The position numbers and the translations under genes are program-made. A stretch of 61,211 bases of DNA, counting the filler, from Sphacelaria rigidula (taxonomy: Eukaryota): assembly GCA_964200075.2 (NCBI GenBank). It is 5 parts of 5 records of this genome, joined end to end, with 100 filler letters (N's around TTAATTAATTAA, not from the genome) between each part and the next. Parts side by side here need not be neighbours in the genome. Positions count along the whole stretch, not along the records: positions 1 to 12,166 come from CAXNAA020004060.1; positions 12,267 to 24,428 come from CAXNAA020004061.1; 3 more parts are not named here. One strand, written 5' to 3'. Below the pieces are notes generated by a model. That model was not told the origin of the DNA, searched no databases, and worked only from the letters and a program-made list of their open reading frames with translations. Shown one piece after another: positions 1 through 13,136 of this stretch. Numbering within the stretch: the first letter of the stretch is position 1; each line of letters starts with the position of its first letter.

Positions 1-87
1 CCTTGCCCCTGGTGTCTAGGCGCGGGTCTCTGAGAATCACGTCCAACCTGCCTATCTGTGCCTTACCCTTTTTCTGTGTTTCTGGTG

Positions 88-157
88 ATGGGGGGGGGGG
101 CTACTTATTTGTTGCTTACCTTAGTCGTTTGACCATTCAACACGCATCCCTTTCGAG
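88..157 (+). repeat. high-copy repeat fragment (GGGGGG..TACT.AT.TGTTGCTT.CCTTAGTCGTTTGACCATT...CACGCATCCCTTTCG)
   Basis: Near-identical copies at 24365-24428 (+) and 12267-12349 (-), and a partial copy at 16088-16145. Confidence 0.85.
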
Positions 158-516
158 ACGGAGGGAGGGGCAGGACAAGGGGGGCGCACTGAATCATTAA
201 CTGTCCTTCATTCGAGCCACCAACTGTTGAGCCAAACAAGGTGAATATATCGTGAAACAGACGCCAATAGTAGTGCGGGATGGTGACCGTACGCAACACC
301 AACAGGGTGGAACGAAGCGGCCCCGTGTGGCACCTACGAAACAGATTCTGCTTACACAGGGCGCTGTGAAGGTCTTGGCAATCGCTAGGTGCGTCCGCAC
401 TTCACCAAGTGAGCGCATGCAAACGTTGAAGGTGAAAGAACGACACAAAACTAAGCATCATTGGCGGGTTTTTTAGGCGCCAATTCCTGCGCGCTTCCCC
501 AAGACCTCGGGACATT

Positions 517-1291
517 TCACACACAGCCCACCATTGAAAAAAACTCTCTGAATGAGCAAGAACGGATAGGCTTTGTCGAACAACATGCTCCGTCTTTTGA
601 GTCACCTGTGTCGCTTCGGTTCAAAGTCGCAACATCACCACCGCCACCATCGGCGGTCGACATCCCACACGCGCCCGACTCTACCGGAAGCCCAGCTCCG
701 CTTTCGGGTCCATGGAGGGGGGAAATTTCGTGTTCCGCATCGCTGTATGCCCCGCCATCGTTGTTACCGCTGCCGCCGGCGCTGCCGCCGTCGCCGCTGT
801 CGTCGCTACGAAGCTCATCATATCTGGGTGTGTCAGAGTGTTGACTGGTGTCCCGTTTGCTGACAATATTTTTGTCTCCGAGAACGTCGTTGTCGGTTCG
901 GCGATGCGAGTGTATGTCCGATATTTCTTCTCCCTCCCCACCCTCCTCGGGCGCATCCACAAAATCATCACCATCGGCACCCCAACTACCAACGCTACCG
1001 CCATCATCATCATCATCATCATCGTAGTCATCATCTTCTGCCAGGGACGACGGCGATCGCTGGGACACGACGGCAGGCCTCGCCGGAGTAAACGAGGAAG
1101 ATGGTGAGTTAGACTGCAGCGGGGTCGTTGGAGAATTGATATCCTCTCCCGAGCGATCGATGGGCGTTGCAGAGGCGGCGGCAGCGGTGCCCGTCACTCC
1201 CTTTGACGGAATATCCTCTTCATCGAACGCAAACCTCAAGGTTATTGCTGCATCGTCGTCCGCAGCGGTGCCTTGGAGGTCGAAGGTTTGG
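517..1291 (-). CDS. C2-domain protein, exon C (SQTFDLQG...AITLRFAF followed by an acidic/Ser-rich disordered region)
   Basis: Acceptor tcttcctacag|. The phase-2 junction restores NG-S-QTFDL and completes the last C2 strands. The frame is open to a stop at 517, though an earlier donor is possible. Confidence 0.65.
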
Positions 1292-1791
1292 CTGTAGGAA
1301 GACGCGCGAGAGAAGGACGGGGCAAGGCAAGTATGTAGGTAAGTGTGGGGGGAGTATGGGGGAATTTTCGCGATAGACTGCATGACAACAACGTCGAGAC
1401 AGATTGCCCAAGCCTCAAAATCCGAATAGAAAATGATTTTTCGTAACGTTTGCGGTATGTTGCAGAGGTCAAGCACAGGTCGACTTTGGGGTGACTGATA
1501 ACAACAACATCTGCTTGAGAATGAAGTACACAACGACCAACACGGCGGCGGCAAGCAGCATGATGGGACAGAGACAAAACAGCCTCAAAACGATGCATAT
1601 ACTGTTCCTAGCGTGTCCGTGGTGACGAGTTTGGCGCAAGAAAATCATAGTGCAACTACGACGTAACTTTTCAAAAAGGTCTGCACGCTGACACTTCCTT
1701 CTGGCAGGGAAAGCAGGTGATCTACTGTGTTTTGCCAGTAACAACGATAAGTACACCAAGGCATGAACGGCCGACGCAAGAGCGATGATAC

Positions 1792-1934
1792 CTGCCGTTC
1801 CGCACCCGCGCGTCCGACAACGATATCCTAGCCCATCCCAGCGGCGGCGCCTCCCGATTCCCCGCGAAGGCCAACTCTGTCAGAGCTTCCTCGGTTAACG
1901 GATCGCCCTCCCGCAACGATACGCGGATGAAGGT
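1792..1934 (-). CDS. C2-domain protein, internal exon B (TFIRVSLREGD...PPLGWARISLSDARVRNG)
   Basis: Acceptor tttcctcag| and donor ag|gtatca. The pattern fits C2 (beta-strand, acidic loop, LG-x-A-x-I-x-L). Phase 0 in, phase 2 out. Confidence 0.7.
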
Positions 1935-3249
1935 CTGAGGAAAGCATATGGGACATAGGATACACAATGCGTAAAGGCCGACTAACTCAATGTAGAAAAT
2001 TCTGCTCCTATTCGATGTTGACCCTCTGCTTACGAGGCTTCCTCTCAGGACAGTATTTCCCGCTGGCAATACGGTGAGCGAGTAGGGCGAGAGAGAGTGC
2101 AGGGATTGTTTAAGAGGTAATGTGTGTACGTGCCGTACGTGTGTGTGTATAAATGTTCCCGAGTTAGTGCCAGAAATATCTACAAAGATGTATCAGGATA
2201 GCTCTAACACGAGCAAAGGGCGTGAATTGCAGCGTAGCAGCAGCAAGCGTGCACCACGTGCTATGCACGAACCCGATGGCATTGGGAACGGCGAAAGTTG
2301 CGTACCCGACTCGACTACAACAATGACCCAAAAGCCGGCAACGGAGGTTCTGCATAACCTTATGTGCATATGCTCCAAGGTTCTCCCCAGTACGCCCCCC
2401 CCCCCCCTTCAAGCTCATGCAAAAAGGTGAATTTCGTCATTTCCTCCATAAAAGTAGGCGCGTCAAGAACCAAGAGGGAAGCACTTTACATTAATCCATG
2501 AAACCAACTTGGCGCTCTCGCGGTTCGCTGTTGGCTACTGCACAACGGGGATTAAAAAAACCACGCGGTTGCACTGGATCTCAGAATCTTCCTCATCTAG
2601 CCTCGAGTGTCTATTAACCCTTTTGAAACTCACCATGGAGAAATGATCATTTGCAATTGACGGTTTTTGAGCAAGATATGGTTGATGGTTTACAGCTCAG
2701 ACGCAACAACATTCACCAAATGCACATTTTTCAGACCCGTGCGAGCGACAAGTGGAACAAAAGAAGGTTTCCTATTATTAACCGATGTGCCGTGTCAGAC
2801 CCTGGAACCCATTGCTGTTTCTTGAATGAAGTGTGTCATAGTGTTTTTGCTGATTAGTGTCGATGGATACAATTGAACACACTCCATCCGTTGCGTGGTA
2901 TGATTGGACAAACCTCACCCGACCTCTCCAGGGAGGACATTTTTCCTGCACCCGCCGCGCGTGCTACTGAATTCTTCTTTGGTCTTCCATTATAAAATGG
3001 TTGCCGTCGGCTTTTTCTGCTTCCATCTTTTCATCTTTGTCAAGGCTCCTCATAATGAGGCGTTTGGCCCGGGGACAGGAGGGGAGGTTTCAAAAAGGGT
3101 TGAGACACAGAAATGATGTGTTAGCGCTACGGTCGGCTGGGCCGGGCGAGGGTGGGTGTGCCCGGCGCGGGGACCACGGCCATCAGGCTTCGGCTACCTC
3201 CTTATCCCAGTTGTGATACAGTCAATCGCATGATATAGACAACTTTTAC

Positions 3250-3341
3250 CTGGCGATGGCTGTCCACCGGCAGGTGAAAGGTCTCGTTCCAGCATGGAGA
3301 TGGTAACTGTTGCGTCGTGGTCGTGTACCTTTCTCCTCGAC
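3250..3341 (-). CDS. C2-domain protein, internal exon A (xRGERYTTTTQQLPSPCWNETFHLPVDSHRQ)
   Basis: Pyrimidine-rich acceptor ...tttccacaag| and donor cag|gtaaaa. The P-x-WNETF-x-L motif is typical of C2 domains. Ends in phase 0, matching exon B. Confidence 0.7.
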
Positions 3342-4834
3342 CTTGTGGAAACCAAAAAACACAACAGTAAAAACATTTCCGGAAAAAAAGAAATGCATTG
3401 AGTTGGCGTAAAAAAATGACTCGTGTCCCCCGTGGTGATGCTCGCTCTCCAGCGATCTCTTTACTGGTGACACTGAAAGATAACCACATCTGTAAGCTAT
3501 GGCGTAGCATTCTAAAGTGAGGCATTTTACCGAGTTTCGCCGCTCAGCGTCTGTACGTTGGCCATCTGATGTACCTTGTGCATGTGCAGCGGGCGTGTTT
3601 GGGGACACAGTGAATAACACAACGCAACACAAGAGATATGTACGATACCGGGTACTGTCCGGCAGGGAGTAGGGTAGACAAACTCCGGGTGAGATCGTGA
3701 AGGTCTCCAAAGTTACGTTCTGTAAGATATATCAGAAGTGGGGCATTTTTGGTTGGCATATCAGGTCACACTGAAATATGTACCGAATACTCCTTCTTTT
3801 CAGTGTTATTCCTTTTCAATATTATGGAGGCGGTATTATTGGAGATTAGGCGCCCCAACACAGTACGCCAGGCGTCTGATGAGACTGAAACTTGAGGTAT
3901 GTGTGGACTGAAGCCGTAGGTAGGTGTTGACGCAGCAGTTTCGGTGAACCAGGGCGTTTTGTGCGCTGCGTGGCTTGAAAGGATGATAATGCACGATGCT
4001 GCAGTGATTCCGAAAACAAGAACACTTTCTGATGACAGTTCTAGAGGGTAACGGTATGAAATCCGCGCGAAGACAGGAGTAGATCTTGCCATCCTTGTTG
4101 TTTACATTGCCGCCCTGTTGGTCGAGGCTGGCACCAAGGCCGGAAAAAAACGCTAGTTTAGGTTCTCCATATGTTACAGATACCCCTGAGTTTTATACGC
4201 CGTACCGAGCAAGACGTGGCCCCACAACGCAGCCAAGGAGATGAGTGTCTTCTGTCAAGGGCCACTGCGGACCTGCTCGGGCAGGGGGCAACATCTCCCT
4301 CACAGTGCCAGACCTAGCTTGGGCGTTACCACGACGGTCTGAAAATGACAGGGGCAGTTGCTGTAGTTTTCTTCTGTCAGAATCAATCAGATATTCTTCC
4401 GTAGTGTGCTCCCACGTGAAGATATTTACCCTTCTCTGCCAGGCGCGCGATCACCCTCGTGCAGAGTTTTTCACTTGGTTCCAAAGTAGAACAGAGCGCG
4501 AGTTGCAATTTGTTTTTTTTGCACGAGTGGATCGCGGGTACTCTAGCCCTGTCGAGCCGTGGCTCGTATCGTACAGTCAGTTCTACAGTACTCGCTGTAC
4601 TGGCACTGGGAACACACAGTGTCAACTTACAATTGCGCGAATACATATCGTGCAATAAACGCTTTCTGCATTCGCAGTGTTCGGCATCCTTTCCCATCTG
4701 GCTGTCAAACGCGCGAAAGCTGGTCTGTAGCGCCAGGTATCCGTGCTGGTGTAGAGACCTCTCTTCCAAGGACGTCCGCCCTCTTTAGTCTCAGCATATT
4801 TTAGGCCTTAGAGTATGACCGTCTTCAATTGACG

Positions 4835-5132
4835 CCGCGGATGATGAATTAAAATTTCAGGACAATGCCTCCATAACGTTGAAAAGGAACAACATTGTTT
4901 TTCTTCGAAAAATCTGATTTCCACCATGGAAAGCGTGAGCACGTGAGTAAACAAAGGAGTAGTTGGCTGAGTTTGTTTGACGGGAGTTGACGCGGTGCAG
5001 GAGTGCTGATAGTCATGACCCAACCCGCGAGACCAAAATGCAAGACGTGTACCGGAGAGAGATGGGATGATCCCTTGAGACCACAGACTCGTCCCCAGGA
5101 AGGGGAGGGGTTCGAAGTGCGACAAAAAAAAA
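4835..5132 (+). mobile_element. tRNA-headed SINE, copy with poly(A) tail
   Basis: Shares body and tail (...GACTCGTCCCCAGGAAGGGGAGGGGTTCGAAGTGCGAC-A9) with copies at 5880-6118, 13745-13955, 38450-38745 and 49785-49847. Confidence 0.75.
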
Positions 5133-5879
5133 CGGTATGGTTCGGCAGGGTATCGAACCCTGTTCCGAACGTTGGAAGGATATTTGCCGGGGAAAAAAAC
5201 AATTTCATACTTTGCAAGTACACCGGACTTTTAGCCAACATATCCTTCAGAACACAACAAAAGAAGGTTTCCATCAATCTAGAGCTTCTCCATCACCAAG
5301 AGCCTGCATCGTAGTTTTTCGAATGAAGTACGTGGGCTTGACAGGTTCATCATCTCAACTCACGCAGCACTCTCGCCGCGTTCAGGTATAGAGCGCGCGA
5401 TACATGCAACGTGCAGCACCAGCAAACGCGCAAAAAGTCGCGGCGCCCCCGTGGTCCAACGGTACAACCGAAAATTCATCATAGTACCCAGCTACGAAAA
5501 CTGCCCAACCGATCTCTGCATAGCCCAGGGGAGACGAATCAATCCCGATCGCTCTGGTGAATGATTTTACAGACCCTTTTTTTTTCACCTATTCATCGCG
5601 CTAGAGCCGACAAGAAATGTGTTTCGGGCCTAAAACGGTCAACAGCACCCCCCTATCAATTCGGCCTCAAGTCGTTCAATATTGAGCGCAGAGATGATTT
5701 TTATTCGGAATGTGGAGCAGACGCCTAGTATTTCCCGACCCCCAAACTTCGGGATAAAGCCTTCCCTGGGATGCATGCGAAAAAATTATTGCCGACTACG
5801 CAACAAAATTACAAAAATTCCCTATTCCAGCTGAAAACTACCATAGAACCATGCAAGGTCGATTTTTATAATATGCAAC

Positions 5880-6118
5880 TGGGGTTGGTTTCCCCGAGAA
5901 ATATCTGATCTCCATCATTGGAAACGTGTGGACGTGCGAAGCGAAAAAATATTTTGTTTTTTACAAGAATCGACGCTGTGGGGGGAATGCTGATACAATC
6001 TGCGGTACCAAAATACAATATATGCACCGCGGGGGAGAGATGTTTGATCTCTCGAGACAACGGACTGGTGCCGAGTGAGGGGAGGGGTTTCAAATAAAAG
6101 TGTAAGGGAAAAAAAAAA
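5880..6118 (+). mobile_element. SINE, diverged copy
   Basis: Homologous to 4900-5132 and ends in an A-tract. Confidence 0.65.
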
Positions 6119-6949
6119 GAGTACATGGTATGTGATGCCAACAGCAATCGAGATCTCTTAATGCTGTAACGTGAGGCAGGCGTGTCATACTAGTCCACGT
6201 CATTGAATACACTACAGCGGGGCATAGGAACGAGAAAGTGTAACAGTACACAGCGCGGCCACGCTACAACACAAGGGGAACATCGCAGACAATAAGTAGT
6301 TTTTAGAGCGGTGTACTTCCGCCGTCAAGTGTTGTTATCTCGTACACTGTCGAGTGACCCCTTGGCGGACGAATTTTTCACACCCTGGACAAAATAGATT
6401 AGATGGTAAAAAATATATACTGCGTACAGTATGGGATCTATTGTATGTTGCAATAGACAATAGATCTTATACTGTACGCAGTATAATTTTTCGGAATGTA
6501 GTATTTTGTCCAGGGTATGGAAATTTTACTCGAGTCTCGCGTCGGATGGGATCACACAGTACCGCCACCGATGAACCCATAGTAAGTAAATAATGGTTCG
6601 GAAATTATTTAGATTGCTTGAACTGGTGCTTGCTGGGCAGGGGATAGACCCAAAACTGACCACGGTGGTGAGAGCGGTGGACGCGGAAAAGCAGCCCCAT
6701 CCTGATACTGCACAGTTTGGTTATCCTCCAAGGATCCCTCAGATATACAAGTCAACATACCTTCGGAAAAACCGAAACACCTTAGGAGCAACATCTCCGA
6801 TAGGGCACACCGGTCACCAAACCACCTAGCTCAACGAGTCGGAATACTTCATCATACCTATTTCACCGGTCACCACACCCGCCTCGACGGAGGTTAGTTC
6901 ACCACTTGGTAGGGTGAAGAACATCCCCAGAGATTCATTATTTCGAAAA

Positions 6950-7115
6950 ACCATAACCGTAACCGTAGCCGAAACCCTGAACCCTCACCGCGACGAAGGC
7001 ATACTGAGAACCCTCGGGCAAGGAAGGTGCAAAATGTCCCCTAGCGAAGTGTGCGTCGCCAGACCTCAGATCTACGCCACAGGCACAAAAACGCGCCCTG
7101 CGCACGCTAGGAGCA
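6950..7115 (+). repeat. dispersed repeat beginning with degenerate CCCTAA-like units
   Basis: Homologous to 21995-22150 (CGAAGGCATAC.GAGA.CCCTCG.GCAAGG...GCGAAGTGTGCGT.GCCAGA.CTCA). Confidence 0.75.
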
Positions 7116-7128
7116 CAGCCCCCCTTAA

Positions 7129-7226
7129 CCCTTGGACCGCGAGATTAGTCTTTCTGGATCATGCATACTTTTTTTCACTTGAAATTGATGCCGATTCAAC
7201 AGAAGACTAACCTCGCGGTCTAAGGG
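7129..7226. mobile_element. piggyBac-type MITE (98 bp)
   Basis: TTAA on both sides, CCC...GGG termini, 24-bp TIR with 22/24 match. Confidence 0.85.
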
Positions 7227-7742
7227 TTAAAGGCTCGGATTTTGGAGTCCCTGTTCACGCTAAAACCACATGCAACCCACAAGTGGTCGACTCTACTTCC
7301 TCAACGGGTCGGAATACTTCCGGAGAAATATCTTCACCGGTCACCACACCACCTCGAGGAGTTTGGAGACTTTCGGGGTAACAGATTTCTCCGAGCGCGC
7401 AGAATTACCAATCCTACCTGTACGGCTTTACTTTTCTCTCGCCACGATTTGAACTTTTGGAGTGAATCCGCGGTGGCTTGGGTCGTTAACCGCTTGACCA
7501 AGGGGTGCTTCAGCCGACTGTGCTGTACCATACGGTTGTGCCGAGAACAGAGAGTTGGATAAAGTCAAAGTGTGGTGACCGTATTGTGCATAAAATGATC
7601 GTCATGTGCGCGATGCTTCCGGATTACATCGCCCAGTTGGAATTTCGACTGCGGTCTTTTTGTGTAGTCGCGGGAAGCGTTCAGCCCAAAGTTAGACGAG
7701 ACACCAATCTAAATCTTACTGTGAAGCTACACAACTGTAGTG

Positions 7743-7775
7743 CAGTACAGTACAGTACAGTACAGTACAGTACAG
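7743..7775. repeat. (CAGTA)n microsatellite
   Basis: About 6 direct units. Confidence 0.95.
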
Positions 7776-8996
7776 AGTAGGCACAAGGAGCGCGGGGTTC
7801 TTCCCAGCATGGCTCCTCACATCCGTGGTTGAATACACAGTAGCTTTTTTCAATGTCAAACTCTAAGACCACCATTAACTCCCCCCTCCCCCCCGAAAAA
7901 AACGTAGGAGACCTGTTGAGCAAGGAGGACCCCTTCAGTTCCCTTCGTAACGTGTATGTCGGCACAGCTTGATGGGCCGATTTTAGCCGTACCACGCACT
8001 GCCCATATGCCCGGTGAGCGCTTGGCGCTGTAAGCCCAGTAAAGATTCACATATGATGCTTCACATAGAATTAGCAACTGCGAGAAATAGCATACTCCAC
8101 CGAGCGTACTCGTACCCTTCATAACACGACCTCGTAAAACTCCACACGACTCATCCCTGAAGTGGGCACCAGCACCACATGACCATGTTTGAACCGGAAG
8201 GGCGAAGTGAAAAATCTCACGTGCCCATTCATGAACCAGGCACAAGTCTCACGTGAGCATTATTTACCCGAAGATTCTGGACACGTGAAAAATTGTCGAC
8301 CACGCGTAATTACTGATCGAGCATTTGGCGGCGAGCTTCATAAGTGTGCAGAAAATGATTCGGCCCGCATGTAAAATGTGCAGGTTACGAGGGAGAAACC
8401 TTGTGCACGAGGAAACTCACGTTCCGCCGCGTACGTCCTTAGCCTGCTATATCGAGTACAGCATACAATCATGCTCCCGAATGTTTTGAAAATTCACGCA
8501 CCCAACCCTGCTCGGTCTCCGTCTATAGGTTTGTTCAATTACGGCCGGGTAGCGAAGTTGTTGTCTCTCAACATTTAGCAGACTCGGGTACCGGCGTTGG
8601 GAAGTCCAAGACCAACCGCAAGTTTTGTTGTCTACATCAACGATTACCGCATCTTTGAGCGGCTGTCTTCTTTCTCAAGTGGCCTCTCGTGATCAAACAC
8701 TTCAGCTATTGAGCGGAGGATGTCGCGTGTACGGTGAGAGGGAAACGCGGATGAATAACCATGCCCTCAAATCAACTCAAAAACGCATGGCACGACTTCT
8801 TCTCTCTTTATCGTCACACTCCCCCCTCCCCCCTCCCCCTTGAGACAAGTTCGTGGTTCCAAGGGATCAACGTATCTCTCCCCAGGTACCATCTATCTAC
8901 ATTCTTGAAGCGCAGATTGGATCAGCACTTCTCCACCATGCCGACTCTCATCAAATAAAATCGTTGACATACACCCTCACGCTTCCAATACAGGCT

Positions 8997-9261
8997 GGGC
9001 CAGCCTACAACCGGATTTGAACTTTGCAGGCGAATTCGCAATTTTTTTCTTGGAGTTGGAAAGTGAAATTTGGTATACGAAATGTCCTCAACTCATGAAA
9101 AAAAAAAACGTTGGGACCTCACAGACAGCCTTCCTTCATGCCCTCTTGATTGTCCATACCAAATTTCACTTTCCAACTCCAAGAGAAAAATTGCGAATTC
9201 AAGTTTGAAAAACCGGGCCGGCGGAAATTCGGAATAGTATTTTGCAGGCCGTTTATAGGCC
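8997..9261. mobile_element. MITE-like palindromic element
   Basis: About 45-bp inverted repeat at 9032-9076 / 9156-9200; GGGCC...GGCCC outer ends. Confidence 0.6.
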
Positions 9262-10723
9262 CACGTTTGGTGTGTGTTGGTTGAAAATTTGTGCGGAACC
9301 TCGCTAGGTCATGATGAACCAAGAAAAATGGGTGAGGTTGGTTTTTGTTTTTATTTTCCACTGATTGAGGACGTTTTAGTATGGTAACGACCATTTTTCT
9401 ACGAGAGCGCCCGAACCTCTCATAAAATAAAATAAATGAAGGCCTTTTTTTTTTCTTTTTAGATCATACCCAGGAGATCCTCCATGTTAAGTTTGAAATC
9501 ACAATTCCAGAGGTTGAGCTGGAAAATTGAGATAAGGCCCAAGAGCAATGTTCATTTCTCCTCAAAACTCCGCTAGAAACAAGAAAAAAAATGAAAACAA
9601 AAGAAAAAAAAACGAAAAAGCTGTGTTTTTTATTTCGTTGTGCACTAGCGGTTCTCCATACCAAATTTCATAGCACAACTCTCAAAAACTGCGACGCGAC
9701 ATCCAGATTTAGGTCATGTAGTACCTCTGCTCGTAGAATACTGATTTTAGTATGGGAAGTCATGTGCGCCATATCTCGAGATAGATAACGAATTAGGTGA
9801 AGGTGAGGATATATATCGTCTCCCCGTGCTCCAGGGAAGGTCCACACCAAAATCGTCATCATCCGCTTAATCGATCGTTCGGGGCTTCATAAAGATTTTA
9901 GTGGGGACGCTATTTCCGCTAGGTATAGGAATTACTAGACATGAGGTTTAATCAACGAGAAAAAATTGGCCCAGATTTTTGAGCAGATGGGCACCTTCCC
10001 CTTGATTAGACGATTAATACGATATGCGGATCACGGCTCAACTCGTCTGTGTCGTTGAGATATAGCTTTGAGAGCGTAAATCCGTTTTTAGGCTGGCCCA
10101 GCTCGTATCGGAAACAGATACTCGTACTTTCCAGATGAAAAAACAAACTAAGCCATCTCCCGGGTATTGTTCCCACTTTCTCTCGACCTAATGCCTCCAG
10201 CTGAACCACTGAATCACCGGGGCGCGGCGACATGCCGGCGCGGCGACATGCACAATAGTTATCCCGAAAGCAACCGTTGGGTAAAAAGCACAACACATGT
10301 GGTAGCGGTGTGCTCGTGCCATTTGAATCGGGTATGTAGCGTTAGCGTTACAAAACCCAACAATAAAACACACACCGTATCATTTTTTTCAGCACTTCAG
10401 CGGCCGGAGGTGTCCGTTTCGTGGCATCGATTTCAGTCCTCTTTCAAGTGAAAAAAGATACCGCTTCCGCAAAATGGACACCTCGGGGGCCAACAGGGGC
10501 TGAACGAATGTGGTGCGGCAAAACACTTTCAAGACTCCAAAGGTTACCGATAGTGTCTCGTCGGTCGGGCATACTCACGGTGGTCCAGCAGGCACTTTCC
10601 AAAAGTGTTGTGGCCTGACAAGGCTAGTCCAGAACAATACGTGTGACTGTTGCTAATGAGAGAATACTCCGAAAACGAATGTTACGCCGATACTTCGAAA
10701 TTTCGATAAACCGAAAACGGTCA

Positions 10724-10829
10724 GGCTTCTACTAACTATGCGAGTACGGGGTCTGAAAAATCGCTTATCTTGAAAATAATCATGGGTCACATGCACACAG
10801 ACCCCGTACTAGCATCATGAGTAGAAGCC
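10724..10829. mobile_element. Tourist/PIF-Harbinger-like MITE
   Basis: About 32-bp imperfect TIR (GGCTTCTACT...AGTACGGGGTCTG); flanks TCA/TAA resemble a TWA target duplication. Confidence 0.7.
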
Positions 10830-11032
10830 TAAAATTGGTCTACCCTGGACGGTTGCCGAACCATACGACGTACACATGATCGACCATGCAAAACAAAAGT
10901 ATCACATGGCCATCGTTAAAGCGAACAGCAAAAAGCGAAAAATTCCACGTCAACCATCATTGAAGTGGTTCGAGGACATGAACACAAGAGAACGACACGT
11001 GCAACCGTCATGAGAAAAGCCTTGAACCGTTA

Positions 11033-11653
11033 CAGGGCGTTTCACGGCACCGAAATCTCACGGGATGTTCGTCGGGACGGGACGGGGTAGGACAGGATGG
11101 CGGGACGGGACGGGACCGTCCCGTCGATTTTACACGGGGAACACTGGATTTGTTTTTGCAACCCGGACCTTGGCGAGATGAATTGAAGACATTCGCACGA
11201 GGTCCATATTCAGTCCGACAGGAGACAGATTCACACAATATTTACACTCAGTTTTCAGGGTAGAGTGCTGTACGTGAGGCGCATACGACCCCGAAGTGAT
11301 TAGTGTTTGGAACTCGGGCTCCCATCACCCGGGGGTGGTATCAATTTTTTTGAGGGGAGGAGGGGGGTGATATACTATGTAGTGCTAAGATGTTACCGTG
11401 TCGCTACTTGCTCTTCCTCTCGTTTGATGAAGCCGTCGATGCCCCCCGTTGAATATGATAACCGCTGATTGTCGCTTCGTTTGTGCGTTAAAATCCGCCC
11501 CGTCCCGTCACTTCCTTCAGTCAACACGCAAAGTGCTCGTCCCGACTCGACGATTTTTCGGGGCAGCACTTCAAGTTCCCTTCCATCGTCTTTGAGGCAA
11601 GAGGGAAAACACCCACTCAGCAACGCGCCGTCCCGTCCTGCGAAATGCTCCCG
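11033..11653. mobile_element. non-autonomous DNA element with subterminal GGGAC/GTCCC repeats (hAT-like)
   Basis: Degenerate TIR CAGGGCGTTTCACGG / CCTGCGAAATGCTCCCG and clustered GGGACG motifs in opposite orientations; no TSD seen. Confidence 0.4.
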
Positions 11654-12166
11654 AATTTGACGTTCCAGGATTGTTTATGATGGGGGGATATGCCATACCA
11701 CAACCTCGAAACCTAGCCTCCAGTCTGATCCCAAAACCCCAAGTTTTGTTCGAATGGGCCAACTGCAGGTCAACGCCAATTTCCTTCGACTTTTGGGATA
11801 GCGAAAGATTGACATTTAGGATAAATATGTGTTTTGTGGGAGCGAGAGGATATGTGATTGGTTGAAACTTGCCGCATCTTCAAGCGGGGGCAGAAGTGCG
11901 TCAAAATGATGAGTTGAACGAAGGAGAGTAAACGCACGAGAGTGGCACTACGTGGGATCCGGATGCTCTGGTCACTCCAGTGGCAGTCAGTACCAGGAGC
12001 TCGAGTTGCTTCGCTGAGCACGGAGATAAATAGTTGGTGAGGAAAGAACCCAAGCCTCCACTGATAAACAGGCAGTGAGGCACCTGCTAGCCCCTAGGGT
12101 TAAGCGTACCCAATCTGAAAAAATAAAAATAAGGATGCGATCTCTACAGGATTATCGAGAAGGGGG

Positions 12167-12266
12167 NNNNNNNNNNNNNNNNNNNNNNNNNNNNNNNNNN
12201 NNNNNNNNNNTTAATTAATTAANNNNNNNNNNNNNNNNNNNNNNNNNNNNNNNNNNNNNNNNNNNN
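12167..12266. other. artificial contig spacer (N44-TTAATTAATTAA-N44)
   Basis: 100-bp block with a six-frame-stop linker; the identical block occurs four times in the window. Confidence 0.98.
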
Positions 12267-12349
12267 ATCTCGAAAGGGATGCGTGGTCAATGGTTAAATG
12301 ACTAAGGCAAGCAACAAATGAGTACGCCCCCCCCTATCGTAGGATGACT

Positions 12350-12694
12350 CACCAAATCTTCGAAATATGGCTCCATTTCTTCACCTACTGATAGCTATTG
12401 GCAACTGCTACACGCCATAGAAATTTCAATTCCGATCACCGAAATGTTGGGGTCCTCGATGTAAACCAATTCTGGGGAATTTCGGGTGTCCGAACGGACG
12501 CCAAAATGGTTATGAAACTGCTTTTTCCCCTAGGACCCCAACATTTCGGTGATCGAAATCCAAATTTCTATGGCGTGTAGCAGTTGTCAATATCTATCAG
12601 TAGGTGAAGAAATGGAGCCATATTTCGATGATTTGGCGTGGGTACGAAGATTCTAATTTTGCGGATTTCTCCCAAGTTGTAAGATCCCGTGTTG
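12350..12694. mobile_element. foldback/MITE family F1, left-truncated copy
   Basis: About 110-bp arms at 12350-12465 / 12532-12640; homologous to 15457-15902 and 56411-56834. Confidence 0.9.
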
Positions 12695-13136
12695 GTAGCC
12701 GAATGGCCGCGTGTGTGCCTCAAACGGCCTTTCCGGTGCAGAACAGCGCCCCCTTGCACATCATTGCCAACTTAGAAACGCGTTAGCCCTTTCCTTGACC
12801 TTCCGCTGCTTTCCGTGCAAAAGTTAGATAAAACAAATGCCTGTCCGGTAGAGTAGAAACATCGAGTACTTTTGCACCAAATATATGACAGAACCCGCCT
12901 TCACGTCCGAAAATTGATGACACCGAGGGGAGACGGGGAAATGGGGGGGAGATGGACCTTTACGATCCGCTCCATCAGTTAAAACCTCCGCCGCATGGTA
13001 ATTTGACCCTCACTTGTCAACAACTTCATGAGCTTTAGTCTACAGCGGAGAGACACTGCTGACGTCGGAAGACATATCTATTTTTTATATAAAGTTTATT
13101 TGCGTACATCCCGTGGAAGAGGCATTTTTAGGTTCA

